64,000 bases of DNA from Mantamonas sphyraenae STR306. Lineage: Eukaryota; Protista; CRuMs. The notes beneath the pieces were generated by a model. That model was given only the letters and a program-made list of their open reading frames with translations, was not told the origin of the DNA and made no database searches. This document shows, in pieces, positions 11,536 to 25,299 of the stretch (position 1 is the first letter of the stretch; the number at the start of each line of letters is the position of its first letter). Location of the stretch: the NCBI GenBank assembly GCA_026936335.1, contig JAPMXV010000042.1, forward strand, positions 496,001 to 560,000, written 5' to 3'. The position numbers were made by a program, and so were the translations under genes.

Positions 11536-14500
11536 ATGGGAACCTTTTCTCTTTGCTCTCCATCACAGGGTGATCGAACGACGACGCGCGCCAGTCTCCG
11601 CAACCCAAGCCCTTGTCTCCCTACAGCCGTACGTTCCATCACGTGTCCTCGCTGGCCCTACACAGCGCCGCAAGCAGGTGTACAATCCACTTCTTGCCAT
11701 TGCAGCCTCACGCTCTCCGCGATGTGTCTGCGGTGATGTGGTTTGGTCGAGAGCTGGCCTGGCGCCAAATTCTCGGGAACCCCTTGTTCCTTTACAGCCC
11801 GCTCACAGCTCACACACACCCGCATACCCCGTGCAGAACGTTCACACAGTATCCATGGCCAAGGAGGGCAAGGTAGAACGCAAATTCAGCATCTCCAGAC
11901 GCCGGAGAAGCAGGCAAGGCGAAGCGCGGGCACGGCCTGATCAACCTCGCGGTGCAGACTCACCCGTCATTCATGTCGACAGTGTACCGCGCATTGGTGA
12001 AGAAAACAGAGGCGAGAGGCTGCAACGCAAGCATCCCGGTGTCTTTAAGGGTCAGATCACACATCGACAGCTGGAGCTGCAGCTTGGCGCGCATCCTGCA
12101 AAGGGAGGCAACCAGGGCCGGCAAGTCACCACGGTGGTCACCGTGCAGACCGGCTCGCCTGTTGCACGTCCCACTATGCGCACTATCGACGACAACCTCA
12201 GCATCACAGACGTCCTCCGCCAAGAAATGGCCGACAAGGTCCTGAAAGACGGCGAACAAGCACGCACCCCGTCCCCCAAGAAGAAGAGCAAGAGCAACCG
12301 GCGGAGGAGGCGCAGCAGGCGTCTTGCCTCTCGTTCTTCTTCCTTCTCCAGGCAGTCCCAGCGCTCGGGGCCTCGGCAAGCCGGCCATCATCGAGCAAAC
12401 CGCTCCGACAACGAGGACAGCAGCGACTACGAAGCGGGCCACAGTGCATCCAATCCAGGCACAGGCGACGACGAATCCGGTGATGAAATGAGCCCCGGGA
12501 CAGCAGTTGTCCAGTGGAACAGCTCGCCCGTCACATCCCGCTTTGCACGCGGCTCCCCGAAGCTCCTCTCCAGCTCACAACAGTTGGCGCAGCTGCGCGA
12601 GCTCATGCACGGCGTGCACAGCGCAGATACACTTGTGTATGATCAGCACACAGGAAGCACAAACAATTCGTTCATCGACGAATGGGCTCGCTCGGCAAGC
12701 GGCAGTGGCGGAAGTGGCAACAGCGGCAGCAGCAGCAGCAGCAGTAGCAGCAGTAGTAGCATTGAAGGGCTTGTGCGCGACAACCTCGCCGTGGCAGACA
12801 GCCAAAGTCCGAACGATCCCGAGATCAACTCGCAAGACTTGGACTTGCAAGCAGGTGCTCGCTCACTTGCCAAACAGCTGCGCGAACGCAAACGGTCCTT
12901 TGACGCTATGGCCGCAACCGATACACCTGCGAGATCCACCACACGCAACCCTTTCCATTTCCCCTGCGGAGGACGTGGACATCCAAGAACCCAGAGTCAA
13001 GAGCCAGGATGGCGACGATCACACTCACAATGCAGCTGCAAAGCGGCAACGCGTGCAGGAGCGGCTTGATACACGGGCGTCGCACACAAACGAAAGCTAC
13101 CGTAAAGAAGACGAGGACGACACAGGCATGGATTTTGAGGCGTGGGTGCAAGTGGCAGATGCGGCGGAGCAAGCGCGTGCACGGTCCTCGTCGCGAGCAA
13201 GTTCCGTGGCCTCAGCCACCACAGAAGCCACAGAGGACACCGTGGACGACGACGACCACGAGCCATTGCGTCTTGCAGGAAACAGCAGCCAGGAGGACAT
13301 TGTGCCCGACAGCCAAGGTGCGTCTGGACTCGCGCTCTCGCTCTCAGGCCGCTCCCAATCCATGCCCATCATCAGTCGCCCACAAGAAGACCTCATCTCG
13401 CCGGAGAAAAGTCTGTTCATTGACGACGATGACTTCTTCGACGATGACATCTTTGCCAACGCCGTCGATCAGGCCATGGACGCAATTGAGGCCACCGAGC
13501 GCGTGGCTGCAGGACGCCTTGTCGAACGTCCTCGTACCGCGTTGGGCATCACATTTGCAGGTAACAACGACGATGTGACGACGGGGCCCACGACGACCGC
13601 GCAGCGTCCTACCACATTGTTTCCTGCTCAGTCTGCGGCCTCGGGCGGCACCAACTCGTGGACCAGCATGGACACGCAGAACAGGTACTGGAGGCGCATG
13701 ATTGTGCACAGGGTCGAGTGTGTAGAGGGGGAGAAGCACGTGCTGCTGCAGCAGGTCATTACAGGAAGCGGTATCGGCAGCACCGGGTTCGAACGGACCT
13801 CCTCGTCAACGCAGAGGTTTGTGCGCCGAAGCAGCAGCCTTAGCTCCGACACCTTGGCAGCTTCAGGCGTCGTCCTGGACGACCAGAGCAAACGCGTGAT
13901 CCTGCGCGACCAGTGGGCGTGCACAGACCTTTGCGAAGCGATGATTGTCAACCTCGTGGGCACCAGCCAGGTGTACGACGACAGTGTCTTGGTCATCGAC
14001 AGCAACAGCGACAGCGTGCTTGTTGTCCTCCCCGACCTTTTGCTGTCCAACACGCAGATCGCGCGTGCTGTCGGATGTCTGCGCCAGTCTGTGCTCGAGG
14101 ACCGTGTCGACCACTACGATCCCAACGTGCATCTGGTCGTCGGTCTCATGGGCCACGAGCTCGTCCAGCATGCCATGGAGTCCAATTGCTTCACGAGGGA
14201 CAGTCTGGAGAAGGAAACCCAGACCATCGTCCACAACTTTCTCGAACGGCGCTTTGCCATCGATCTGGACGAGGAAAAGGCAACCATGGCCATGCACGAG
14301 CTGATTGACGCCATTGTCGACTGGGGCGACAAGTTCCACATCAGCAAAACAGGCTCCACCTTGCCACTGGAGGGCTCGGAAAGCTTCAAGAGTCCCAAAT
14401 GGCCGTGCTCGAAACGAGGGCCACCGAAGAGAACTTTTGGTCGCCCATGCTGGGTATCAAAGGCAAGGTGGATGCCACAGTGAACGTGAGGCTGAAGAGG

Positions 14501-17238
14501 GAACGCCAAGAAGCGCAGGAGCTAATTCTGCCCCTGGAGATCAAGACGGGCAAGCAGACGACTGTGAACCACCACCGCGCACAGGCCACTCTCTACACAT
14601 TGATGCTGGCAGAGCGCAACGGCGTGCCCGTGCCCCTCTCGCTGATGTTTTTCCCCAAAGCACGGCACGCGTTTGGCGTGATTGCTCACCCGTTTGAACT
14701 GCAGGCGCTAATCCAGGTGCGCAACAAGCTGGCAATGCACATTCAACAGTACGGCAAGTGGTACGAGTGCACCGGGCTTCGACACGAAAACGACGCCGAA
14801 GGCGACCACAGCGGAAGCAGCGGCAGTAGCACAGCAAGCAGCCCCGGAGACAGCACAAGCATCGATATCGAGGACATGGGCATCTCCAAGGATGACCTCA
14901 GCGGACGTGTGCGTGAGCATGTGCGCAGGCGGCTCGGTGGTCGCCAGCAGATTCACACACCGGGTATCGACGAACTGTCTGTGGTGCCAGAGGACGTCGT
15001 GGAGCGTGCGCACAAGTACATGCCTCCGATGATTCGCAACGAACGCACTTGCCGCTCCTGTTCTCAGGCCGACAACTGCATGACCTTCCACAAACTGCTC
15101 GAAGGGGGAGACGCCGGGACGGCTGGCGCGGGCGATCTGTTCAAAACCATCACAGGGCACATGAGCAAGCGGGACGCCATCTTTCTCATGCACTGGGACT
15201 TTCTGCTGGAGCTCGAGCTGCGTGAGGCAATGGTGCGGGACCGCGAGATCTGGCTCACGGATTCGCGCCGCCGTGACTCTTGCGCTGGCTCCATGGTTAT
15301 CACCAGCGAAGAAGGGGTTGGAGAAGGCAAGTACCGGTATATATTTCTCAAAATCAGAGGACGCGGTTGGCCACAGAAAGCAGCAGCAGCAGCAGTAGCA
15401 GCAGCAGCAGCAGTGGCGCTCGCAGTGGCGCACGAACGACGACTGAAACTGAGGCACAGCAACTGCGTCCACGGCCGCGGTCGCGCACCGAATCGCTGAT
15501 GTCAATGGAAAGCAATGCGTCTGAAGGGAACGGCGAGGCAAAGATTGCAAAGGGCGACTACGTTGTCATCAGCATGGAGGAGGGGATGACGGGTGCAGCA
15601 ACGGGGTTTGTGATTGACGTCAGTCGGTCCAAGGGCACGTATGTGGTTCAGGCAGAAACCCGGTTGCGTGTTCCGGATGTGTACAGTGTGGCCTCTCCGT
15701 TCCAGTGCAAGTGGCGCCTGGACAAGGGCGAGTTTGTCAAGATGTTCAAGAAAGGCCGAGCCAACGTGTACGCTGCCCTGGCGCCGAGAAAGGAGGCCAC
15801 AAGTATGCGGTTGCGATCGTGGATTGTGTACCAGGAGGAGCCGCAGTACGAGAGTGAGGAGTGGCTAGAACAGAATTGCGGCCACGTGTTGGACGAATTG
15901 CGTGGGCGATTGAACCCGGATCAGGAGGAAGCAGTCGCAACGGTGCTGCGTGCGCGTGACTATGCACTCATTCTGGGCATGCCAGGCACGGGCAAGACCA
16001 CAACCATTGCCATGCTTGTCAAGGCGCTTGTGAAGCTGGGCAAACGCGTACTGGTGAGTTCGTACACCCACTCTGCTGTGGACAACGTGCTGGTTAAGAT
16101 CGGCGAAGAGGGCATCGACTATCTGCGTTTGGGCAAGATGGCCTCGATTCAGGAGGAGGTGCGGCATAACACGGTGAAGGGGAAAGGCTGTCGCAACGTG
16201 GCCGAATTGCAGGATCTGGTGGAGAACGTGATGGTGGTGGGCTGCACAACCAGCAGTACGGGCGACCACGTGCTGCAAAAGCTTCGCTTCGACTATTGCA
16301 TCGTGGATGAGGCGAGCCAGTGCACGCTGCCGTCGTGCCTGGGCCCTCTTCGCTTTGCCGATCGCTTCGTGCTTGTGGGAGATCACAACCAGCTGCCTCC
16401 GCTGGTGCGTAGCCAGACAGCACGCAATCTTGGCCTGACGGTGAGCTTGTTCAAATTTCTGAGCGAACGGCATCCACACAGCGTCGTGCAGTTGTGCTAT
16501 CAGTACCGGATGACGCGCAACGTCATGCTTGTGTCCAACACCCTTGTGTACGACCACAAGCTCCGCTGCGGCACAGAAGAGGTGGCCAACTCCAAGCTGG
16601 AGCTGCCCATGCCGGAAAAGATGCTTGAGGATCGGCTGGGCAACACCGACCATTGGTTGTCCGAGGTACTCCAGCCCGAACACACGGTGATGTTTCTGAA
16701 CACAGACCGTGTGCCTGCGTGGGAAGAGGGCCGAGAAAACAGGGTGGAGGCAGTGCTTGTGTCGCACATTGTGCGCGCTCTGGTGGCGTGTGGGCTCGGG
16801 TGCAAGGACATCGGCGTCATTTCGCCGTTCCGCGCACAGTTGCAGGTGATTCAGTATCTGCTGCCCGAGCGCAAGTACCATGGCCTGAATGTGTACACCG
16901 TCGACAGATTCCAGGGCAAAGACAAGGAATGCGTGATTGTGAGCCTCGTGCGCAGCAACGAGCACGAAGGCGTGGGAGATCTGCTCAAAGACTGGAGACG
17001 CGTCAACGTGGCTTTTACGCGTGCCAAGAAGAAGCTCATCGTGATTGGGTCCATGCGTACACTGAACCCTCAGGTGGAGGAGGGTCAAGAGAAGCACAGC
17101 ATCGCCAAGTTCCTGGAGTTGGTGAACCAGCACGGGTGGAGTATGGACCTCCCAGAGGAAGCGCACAGGGACTTTGTGGACGATGATATGGGAGTTTCGC
17201 AGAGTCAGACGAGTGGGATGGTCGTGGAAGAAGGGTGA
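11536..17238 (+). CDS. DNA2: DNA2 helicase/nuclease with long low-complexity N-terminus; probable intron 11629-11836 (otherwise start at 11855); three apparent frameshifts (~12952, ~14398, ~15347)
   Basis: Fe-S Cys pattern (GCLRQSVL...TCRSCSQADNC), nuclease EENFWSPMLGIKGKVD...PLEIKTGK, SF1B helicase GMPGTGKTTT, DEASQ, VGDHNQLPP, TVDRFQG, NVAFTRAK. The gene is spread over four overlapping ORFs. Confidence 0.92.
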
Positions 17239-17239
17239 T

Positions 17240-20200
17240 TCATTGCGCGATCAGCAATGGCTCCTCCATGCTTCGCATCCTCACCGACACAGACGAATGC
17301 AAGTGTTCCCGGTGGGTCTCTCCAGTCTTGTGTGCGTACCAGGTCGCCATCACGTGTCTCCGCAGCCTCGTCATGCCTGCAGAGAGATTCTTGGATGCCA
17401 TGGCCAGCAGAAGAGCAAATCCCACGACGATCGTCACCACAACCACACCAAGGGCGACAACATCCACTGTGCCTGCGTCAAAGTGTGAGCGACTCAGTGT
17501 CACCGCTGTGCCCGTGACAAACACAGTGAGGAGCGTGAACAGGCTGAGCGTTTCCAGCCTGTTGTCCAGATCGCGCACAAATGGCCTCGTGCGCTGGTGG
17601 TACCAGATGGAGACAAGCAGCGTCAGAAACAAGACAATGAAAAACGTTATCTGCGAGTAGAAAGGCACGGCAGTGACCAGCACGGTGACGACGATGCGGC
17701 GTGCGATCACAACTAGCTCGTACGTCGCCTCCTCACGTCGATACGATCGATATAGGAAACCAAACGCGGTCTGAGCCCAGGCTTGGTCCATTTCATCGGT
17801 CTTGTGCAAGTGCCAAAGGACAAGGCTGTCGGCAACGGGCAGCAATGCGCCGACACACACCAGCAGCATCCATGCGACTGCCTGCACTCCAAGCAGCGTC
17901 CCGTCCCTTGATCCTGGTCCTGCACACAAGATAAAGGGGTACTGGTTCAGGAAGAGCCATGGTGAGCCGGCACCCGTGTTGGAGTCTGTGCACATCAGGA
18001 AACTGAGCGACTGCAACAGAATCGGCCCATACGCGACATGAAGGGTGAACAGGACCAATCCAACCAATCTGTGCTTGCCACGCACACCCATGGATGCCTC
18101 TTCAGCTTCCTGGTCCACTGCCAACTGTGTGGCAGCCTCCACAGCCCCCGGCAGCATCTTCGGCAGTCTCCACCACCTCACCTCTGTGGCCACGATTGGC
18201 TCGCCACCTTGACACCTTTTTCCACACCACTGTGGAAGTGACACCAAGCACCACCAGAGGCACCACCAGTGTTGTGCTGGCCACAAACTCGCCATTCCAA
18301 CGTTCTGTGAATCCGCTCGGGGCCACAAACAGACACTGAAGCGTCGACACGCTCAGGTTCACCGAAGATGCCATCTGCGTCACGAATCCCATGATGCTGC
18401 TCATCGATTCACGCAATCCGGATGCAGGCGACGATTCCGCAACGCTGTCCAGCCGCTGCACACGGTGCAACGCCGTTGTCAACGAGATCGACGACCGCTC
18501 GATCGTGGCCAGGATCTGCCAGAAGAAGAGGACGATCTTGAGAGTGGCCGAGTCTCCGCCTTGGTACAGCCTGCGTGAATTGACCAACCAGACAAACAGG
18601 GAGAAAAGGAGAACGTACAGTGCCATCGTGAGCGCTACTGTCCCGGGCGATGGGCAAGACTCGCACACGCGAGCTGTCTTGTAGAATCCGATGTCGCATT
18701 CGCTGCACAGTCGTGATCCATCGCGATAGCCGGGTGCACACGACAGGCTGCGGCTTTTGTGCCCATCAGCGTTGTCCTGCTTCACCTCGACACAGGCTTG
18801 TGCCACCGGACATGGAAGGACGGCAAGAAAGGTCGAGGTGTCGTTGGGTTGCGTGACGACACGACAGCCTCGGATGCCTCCTGCAGTGCACTCGCAATCA
18901 GAAAACTCCTCCGGGCATCGAAGGCATTGCTGGGCAAACCCGTAAAATCGGTCGGTGCACGCACACTGCTCCAACCAATTGTCAGGCTCGTAGAAAAAGA
19001 GCAACGGTAGGCCGTCGCTGCGGGAGAAGGTGCGGCATGACACGTTGCCGAACAAACGGTGGCTCGACCGCTTTGCCTTGAGGAACGTGGTGTCACCCAA
19101 GGACAGACGCATGGACGTGTTTGTCACATCCACGTACCACAATGAGCTGCTTTCTCTCATGGACGACGGAAAGCCGCCGTGGATGGCCGAGTTGTGGAGA
19201 TCGAGCCGCTGGAGACGATCCAGCGTGGGCCAGGAACCGATAGAGCCAGACAGGCTCGTGTTGAACAGCCTGAGTTGTTCGATCTGTGTCAATTGCAGAG
19301 CAGTAACATCTCCGAGCAGGTTTGGGTTGTCCGAGAGGTCCAGACTACGCAGGGGGGGCTGTGTGATGCTGAAGACCAACTCCTTGATGCGGTTGCCAGA
19401 CGCAGACAGATGCACGAGATTCGGCGGCAGGGCGTCCCAGTTGACATCGTCGTGGATGAGGTTGTCATCCACGCGAAGCGTGGACAGCAGACTGACCTGC
19501 GCTACGGCGTCCATCACAGCAGTGAGCTTGTTGTGCGAGACATCCAGCGTCGCAAGCTGCTCCATCTGCACCAACGACGGCAAGGTGTCGATGTAATTGG
19601 ACGAGAGATCCACCAAGGTGATCCCCTGTGCGGCATTCAGGCCTGGTGGGAACACGCGGAGGCTGTTGTTCGCGGCGCTGAAGAAGCGCAGGCGTGGAAC
19701 CTCAAACACAGCAGCTGGAATGGATGTCAGCGCGTTGTTGTCCACTACCAGACTGCTCAGATTGGTCAATCCGCCGATTGTGCTCGGGAGAGCCTCCAAC
19801 AGATTGTCGGACACGTCCAGGGAAAAGCACCCTTTCAGATTCCCCACAGTCGGCGGGAGACTGACCAACTTGTTCGAGCTCACTTCCAAACGCAACAGGT
19901 TGGTGAGATTTCCGATGCATGCGGGAAGCGAATGCAATTGATTCGCGTCCGCCAGGAGAAGAATGAGGTTCTTGCAGCCGCAAATGGAACCAGGGAGCCC
20001 AGTCAGCTTGTTGTTGCTGAGAAAGGCAAATCGGAGTTCCTGGAGCTGATCAAGGGATTGCGGGAGGTCCATGAGCTTGTTTCCGTTCATCTTGAGGGTG
20101 CGCAGCTTCGCTAGCCGCACCAGGCTCTGGGGCAACAGCGATAGCGCATTGCCAGCCAGATCGAGGGTTGTGAGATCCAGCCAATGTTCCAGAAAGGTGG

Positions 20201-22070
20201 AAACATCACCTATGCGGTTGCCCGACAGAACAAGGCGATTCAGTCGAGTCAAATTGGCAAGGGAGGCGGGCAAGCTCGACAAGCGGTTGTTGCTCATGAG
20301 GAGGCTCTGGAGGGACGTCAGTCTGCCCAACCTCGAGGGTAGACGATCGATGTTGTTGTTGCTGAGGTCAAGAAGGACGAGCTTGGCGTTGGTGTGTTCG
20401 ATGAAACTGGGCACGGCGTCAAAGGCGTTGTCGTGGAGAATCACGTTTCGCAAGCGAGTCAAGTTTGCGAACGAGTCTGGAAGGCTGTTGAGCTGATTGT
20501 TTCCTGCGCTGACTGTGAGCAGGTTGTCGCTGCGACCCAGGGAGGACGGCAACGAGGCCAGTTTGTTGTTGTCCACGTACATCCGTTGGAGGTTCGGCAT
20601 CGCCAGGTCGACAGGCAAAGTTTGTAGATTGTTGTGAGCCATGTCCAGGACAAACAAGGTGGTGAGCTTGGACACTGATGCTGGCATGTGCACGAGCTGG
20701 TTTCTGGACAGCAGCAACGTCGCGAGGCTGCTGACGTTGAACAAGGCTTCGGGGAGTGCAGTCAGCTTGTTGCTGCTTATGTCAAGTTGAAAGAGTCGTT
20801 GGAGCTTGCCGATTCCGTGCGGAAGATGCCGAATTTCGTTTGACGGGAGATCCAACGCGACCAATCGCGACAAATTGCTGATGGCCTGAGGGAGTGCGGA
20901 CAGCCGGTTCGACGCCAGGCTTAGAAACTCTAAAGATGTGAGCTGTACAATCTGGTGCGGAAATGTGTCAAACTGATTGCCAGTGAGATCCAGTCGGTGG
21001 AGTGTGGCCAGGTTGCCAAAGCCAATCGGGAGTGATGAGAGACGATTGCGGCTTGCACCCAGCTCGTGGAGCATGGAAAGGTATGAAAGAGAATTTGGAA
21101 GTGTGTTCAGGTCGTTAGCGTCGACAAAGAGCTCTCGCAACGCTGGAAGGTCGCCGAGCGCAATTGGCAGGTCACGGAGGCTGTTGTGGCTGACGTCCAG
21201 TTTTGCGAGATGAACAAGGCGCGACACACATTCAGGCAGACTTTCAAGTCGATTGAAGTTGAGAAGGAGGGTAGTGAGGGCGGTGGCATTGCAGAGGGGG
21301 AACGGGAGAGACGTCAGCTTGTTGTTGCCGGCATCCAGCCTATTGAGTCGATGGAGTGACCCCATAAGTGGCGGAAGCTGCTCGATGAGGTTGAAAGGCA
21401 TGTCGAATGAGCGCAAGGCGGTGAGGTTCCCAATGGAGAGTGGGAGGGACGACAACCGGTTGGATGACACGTCGAGAGTCCGCAGCATTTGCAGCTCTCC
21501 AATGGACTCTGGAAGCTCCCGAAGCTGGTTCTTTGCAAGGTGGAGAGTCTGCAGAGACTTCAATTGTCCGATGTCTCGTGGAAGCGTGGAGAGACGGTTG
21601 TTGCGAGCGTCCAAGCGGGTGAGTTTGCGCAGTCGGGTCAATTCGGGGGGCAGGCTCGACAGCTGGTTGCCATCGACCTCTAGAAACTGGAGCTGAGTGT
21701 AGTTATGTACAAAGGAAGGCAGGCGTTGCAGAGCCAGGTCCTTGAGAAAGAGGATGGCAACGCCAGGTACGTCCGCCCACGCACGCTCGCTTTCCGGTGT
21801 CGGAGGACGCGAGAAGACGATGATGAGCGGGGTGGTGCTGTGACCGCAGCACGGATCCGAAGCATTGAAGCCGTCCACCCAAGTTTCGCAGCCCTGGACT
21901 ACGCTCCAGGAGCAGAAGCACGCTGTTGTGGGTTGTGCCCCAACAACACTGGCCACGTTTGTGAGGGCGGCTCGCTGATCACACGAGGCCCGTGCGGTGG
22001 GTACAAATGGGAGGAGGAGGAAAAGGAGGAAAAGGAGGAACGGGATTGTTTGTCCATGTCCCTTCCACAT
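17240..22070 (-). CDS. LRR receptor: signal peptide + >30 LRRs + Cys-rich linker + multi-pass (7TM-like) C-terminus; one frameshift at ~18147
   Basis: PFLLFLLFLLLPF signal, repeated LxxLxLxxNxLxxLP, CAPGYRDGSRLCSECDIGFY, TLKIVLFFWQ, AFGFLYRSYR...YELVVIARR, RPFVRDLDNRLE. Confidence 0.85.
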
Positions 22071-22181
22071 CTGCTGAAGAAAGCCGTGGATGACGTGACG
22101 CTTCCCCGCCCAGACCAACTCCCCGCCCCCCACACCCTCACCCAGGACACACCCAGGACTCTCAGCTGCCGCCAAGTCGCA

Positions 22182-24295
22182 ATGTCAACGACAGACCAAG
22201 TGAAGCAGCGCGTGGAATCCATGGACATTTGGCGGGCGGCGTCGCGGAACGACATGGAGATGTTGATGTACCTGCTGGACTCCAAGCTGTTCGACGTGAA
22301 CCAGACCAACAGGTACAACCAGACAGCATTGCACTGTGCGGCATGGAACGGCCATTGGAACGCGACGCAGGTGCTTCTGCAGCACGGGGGCGACGTGCAC
22401 AAAAAGGACTACGACGGCGAGACGGCGTTGCACTGGGCAGCCGGAAGCGGGGCAGATGAGTAGGTTGCACTCTTGTAGGGAGCCACACAGGAGACAGTGA
22501 ATTGGTTGGAACCTTGGTGGAGAGTGTGTGGCGCCGTGCCGTCGGCCTCCGCTGGGACACGGGACAGCGTCGCGGGAGGGTTGGAATTGGTTTCGCTCCG
22601 GGGCGTGCACACGTCCAAGAGCGAGGTGGGCGCGTTGTATTAGGCAGCAACGTGGGGTGATAGTACTTATACTGACATGGACACGCGTGCGTGATGCGAA
22701 CGATGTGTAAACACACAGTGTGGTGCGGCTTCTTCTGGAGCACGAAGCTGATGTGAACTGTGTGGATGAAAACGGCCAGACGCCGCTGATGTGGTGAGTT
22801 GTGGGAGAGGCACACCCGAGTACATACGGGCAAGGCACGCGACAAAGAGAGTGTCGTTGCCAGCAAAGGCGGCGTTGGGCGGGTTTGTGCGGTTGGGGAC
22901 AAAGGTGGAGCCCCGGGTTGTTTTTTTTGCGCTGAATTGCTGGAAACTCACGCACGCACTGGGGCGCCTGAATGGACATGTGCACGGTATAGGGCGTCAT
23001 GCAATGGCCACGAGGTGACATGCAAGCTTCTGCTGGACCTGGGGGCCGATCCGGAGCTGAAGAACGTGGAGGGGGAGACGGCCAAGGATGTGGCGCAGAG
23101 CGAACAGATTGAGTACATGCTGGAACATCCAGACGAGGTTGCACCGATGGTATCACCACACTACAGGCAAGACAGCGTGCAGGCAGGCTCAAGCAATGAG
23201 AGCAAGTCGGGCGAGATGGCCGAGCAGTTGCAGGAGACCGGCCTGCAACTGTACTCGGAGGAGGCCGACAAAGGGTTCAAGAGCGGCAGCTTTGCAAGCA
23301 GCGAGCCCAGTGAGGGTTCAGCGGTGGCCAGTGGGATGTCCGGGTCGTCGGCGATGGTGAAAGACGACGAGGATGGTGTACAGGGAGAGAGCGAAGCACA
23401 GGCGAGCGGGACCACGGTGCAGCTGAGCAAGGGCTCCACAGGCTCGTTGCGCTCGGGGCCAAGCACAGCGGATGAAGAGGGCGAAACGATGGACTGGGAA
23501 CTGGAAACGAGCGAACTGAAGTTCTTTGAGGCGGTGGGCGTGGGTGGGTTTGGAGAGGTGTACGCAGGGTCGTGGCGAGGCACACCGGTGGCCATTAAGA
23601 AGCTGCTGAACCAACGCCTGAGTGACAAGGACATTCGCAGCTTCCGGGACGAGATTTCGATGATGAGCAAGCTGCGGCACCCGAACATTGTGCTGTTTAT
23701 GGGTGCGTGCACAAAACGGAACAAGGAGTTGTACATTGTGACGGAGTTTATGCCGCGAGGCAACCTGTTTGAGCTGTTGCACTACAGCGACGAGACCCTG
23801 GAGTGGAACCGCAAAGTGAGCATGGCACGGGATATTGCGCGGGGCATGAACTACCTGCACTGCAACAAGCCGTACCCGATCATGCATCGGGACCTGAAGA
23901 GCTCCAATCTGCTTGTGGATGCACACTACAACGTCAAGGTGTCGGATTTTGGGTACACCAAGATCAAGACGAACACGTACGCCATGACGCAGTGTGGCAC
24001 ACCGCAGTGGATGGCTCCCGAGGTCCTGCGCAACGAAAACTACAACGAAAAGGCAGATGTGTACTCGTACGGCGTTGTGCTGTGGGAAATGCTCACGGGC
24101 AACATCCCGTACGACGGTCAGCACCCGCTTCAGGTGGCCATCCAGATTGCCACGCAAAATCTGCGGCCGGAGGTGCCCGACGAGGGCGACTCGACCTTTA
24201 TTCAGCTTATCAAGGACTGCTTCAACGACGACCCTGCGGAAAGGCCGTCGTTTGACGAGGTGTTGCGCATCCTGGACGGTGTGAAGCTGTCTTGA
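22182..24295 (+). CDS. Ankyrin-repeat TKL (Raf/MLK-like) protein kinase; introns 22460-22718 and 22794-22992
   Basis: Ankyrin motifs TALHCAA, GETALHWAA, GQTPLMWAS are reconstructed across the introns. Kinase motifs GVGGFGEV, VAIK, HRDLKSSN, DFG, GTPQWMAPE. Confidence 0.92.
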
Positions 24296-24341
24296 AGTGT
24301 CGTGGGACGGGAACTCGATTGCAGCCAACAAAACTCTCGTC

Positions 24342-25250
24342 ATGGTATGTTTGCACAGCTCATTGTGTGGGATGATGGAATGGGGGATGAATGGGTTGCG
24401 TTGGCACCATGTTGTGGTGGAGGGTCCTCCACCAGTGCAAGAGGAGGAGGCATGTTTGTGCAGCAAGGCGGACTCGATGCTGACGGCAGTACGGACATCA
24501 CAACCCGCTCGGGACAACCGGGTGGACGTCCAAATACCATCGCACACAGGCAAATAGGCTGATTGCCAACCTCTTGGTCATGGGGGTGCAGGTTCTGTCG
24601 AGGGCATTCGCCGAGGCGGTGCGGCAAGGCCGAATGCGTACGTGGGGTAGAGCAGCGTGGTGATTGAGGGATATGAGATGTATGGCAGAACGGTGTCCAC
24701 GGACGGATTGCTCACACTGGCCTCTGTATGGCTCGTGATGGCCTGCGGGGAAATGGAGCGCAGAAGGGCAGGGCGGAGGACGCGGGGCGCTGACGCTGAA
24801 CGAGGCCAAGATGATCCTCGGGCTGACAGAGGAGAGCGTAACCCGAAAGGCCATTGAGAATGTACGTTTGGGTCGAGTTGGCGTGTGTGTGTGCGAGGGC
24901 CATAAGCACAGCAGGCGGAGGAAATTCTGCCGCAAGGTCGACGCGAATACATGGCTGGCCGTGGCATGCAATCTGAAGCCTGAAATGACACTGACACAGA
25001 GCACACGGCGGGGCCACAGGCCTTTGAACACCATTTTAAGCGCAACGACGTCGAGGGTGGCTCTGTGTACCTTCTGGCCAAGTTTAGCAATGCGCGGGAG
25101 GTGTTGCTCAACTCCATCGACGCGGATGGAAACCCTATCGCCGATGGAAGCAGCAAGAATGGCCATGACGACGGTGACAGCAGCAGCAGCAGCAGCAGCA
25201 GCAGTGCATCGGATGGTGGTGGTAACGGTGGTGGTGGCAACGGCCACTGA
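24342..25250 (+). CDS. PAM16: Mitochondrial import motor subunit Pam16/Tim16; coding exons 24342-24344, 24550-24637, 24764-24861, 25020-25250
   Basis: Spliced product M|ANRLIANLLVMGVQVLSRAFAEAVRQ...GALTLNEAKMILGL...AFEHHFKRNDVEGGSVYLLAKFSNARE matches the Pam16 J-like domain (GGSxYL). All junctions are GT-AG and in phase. Confidence 0.9.
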
Positions 25251-25299
25251 TGGCAATGAAGAGCACTGGGTCTTGAACGATGTTGTACTTCCTATCGAG

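Noticed and set aside
11761-11769. E2F-like site (TTTGGCGCC on the minus strand) near the DNA2 5' end, with a similar word at ~47113 upstream of NCAPG2
   Set aside because: Biologically plausible, but such 8-mers are expected a few times by chance in 64 kb of GC-rich sequence.
24413-24434. Short hairpin TGGTGGAGG/CCTCCACCA in PAM16 intron 1
   Set aside because: An 8-9 bp stem with no other RNA-gene hallmarks; compatible with chance.
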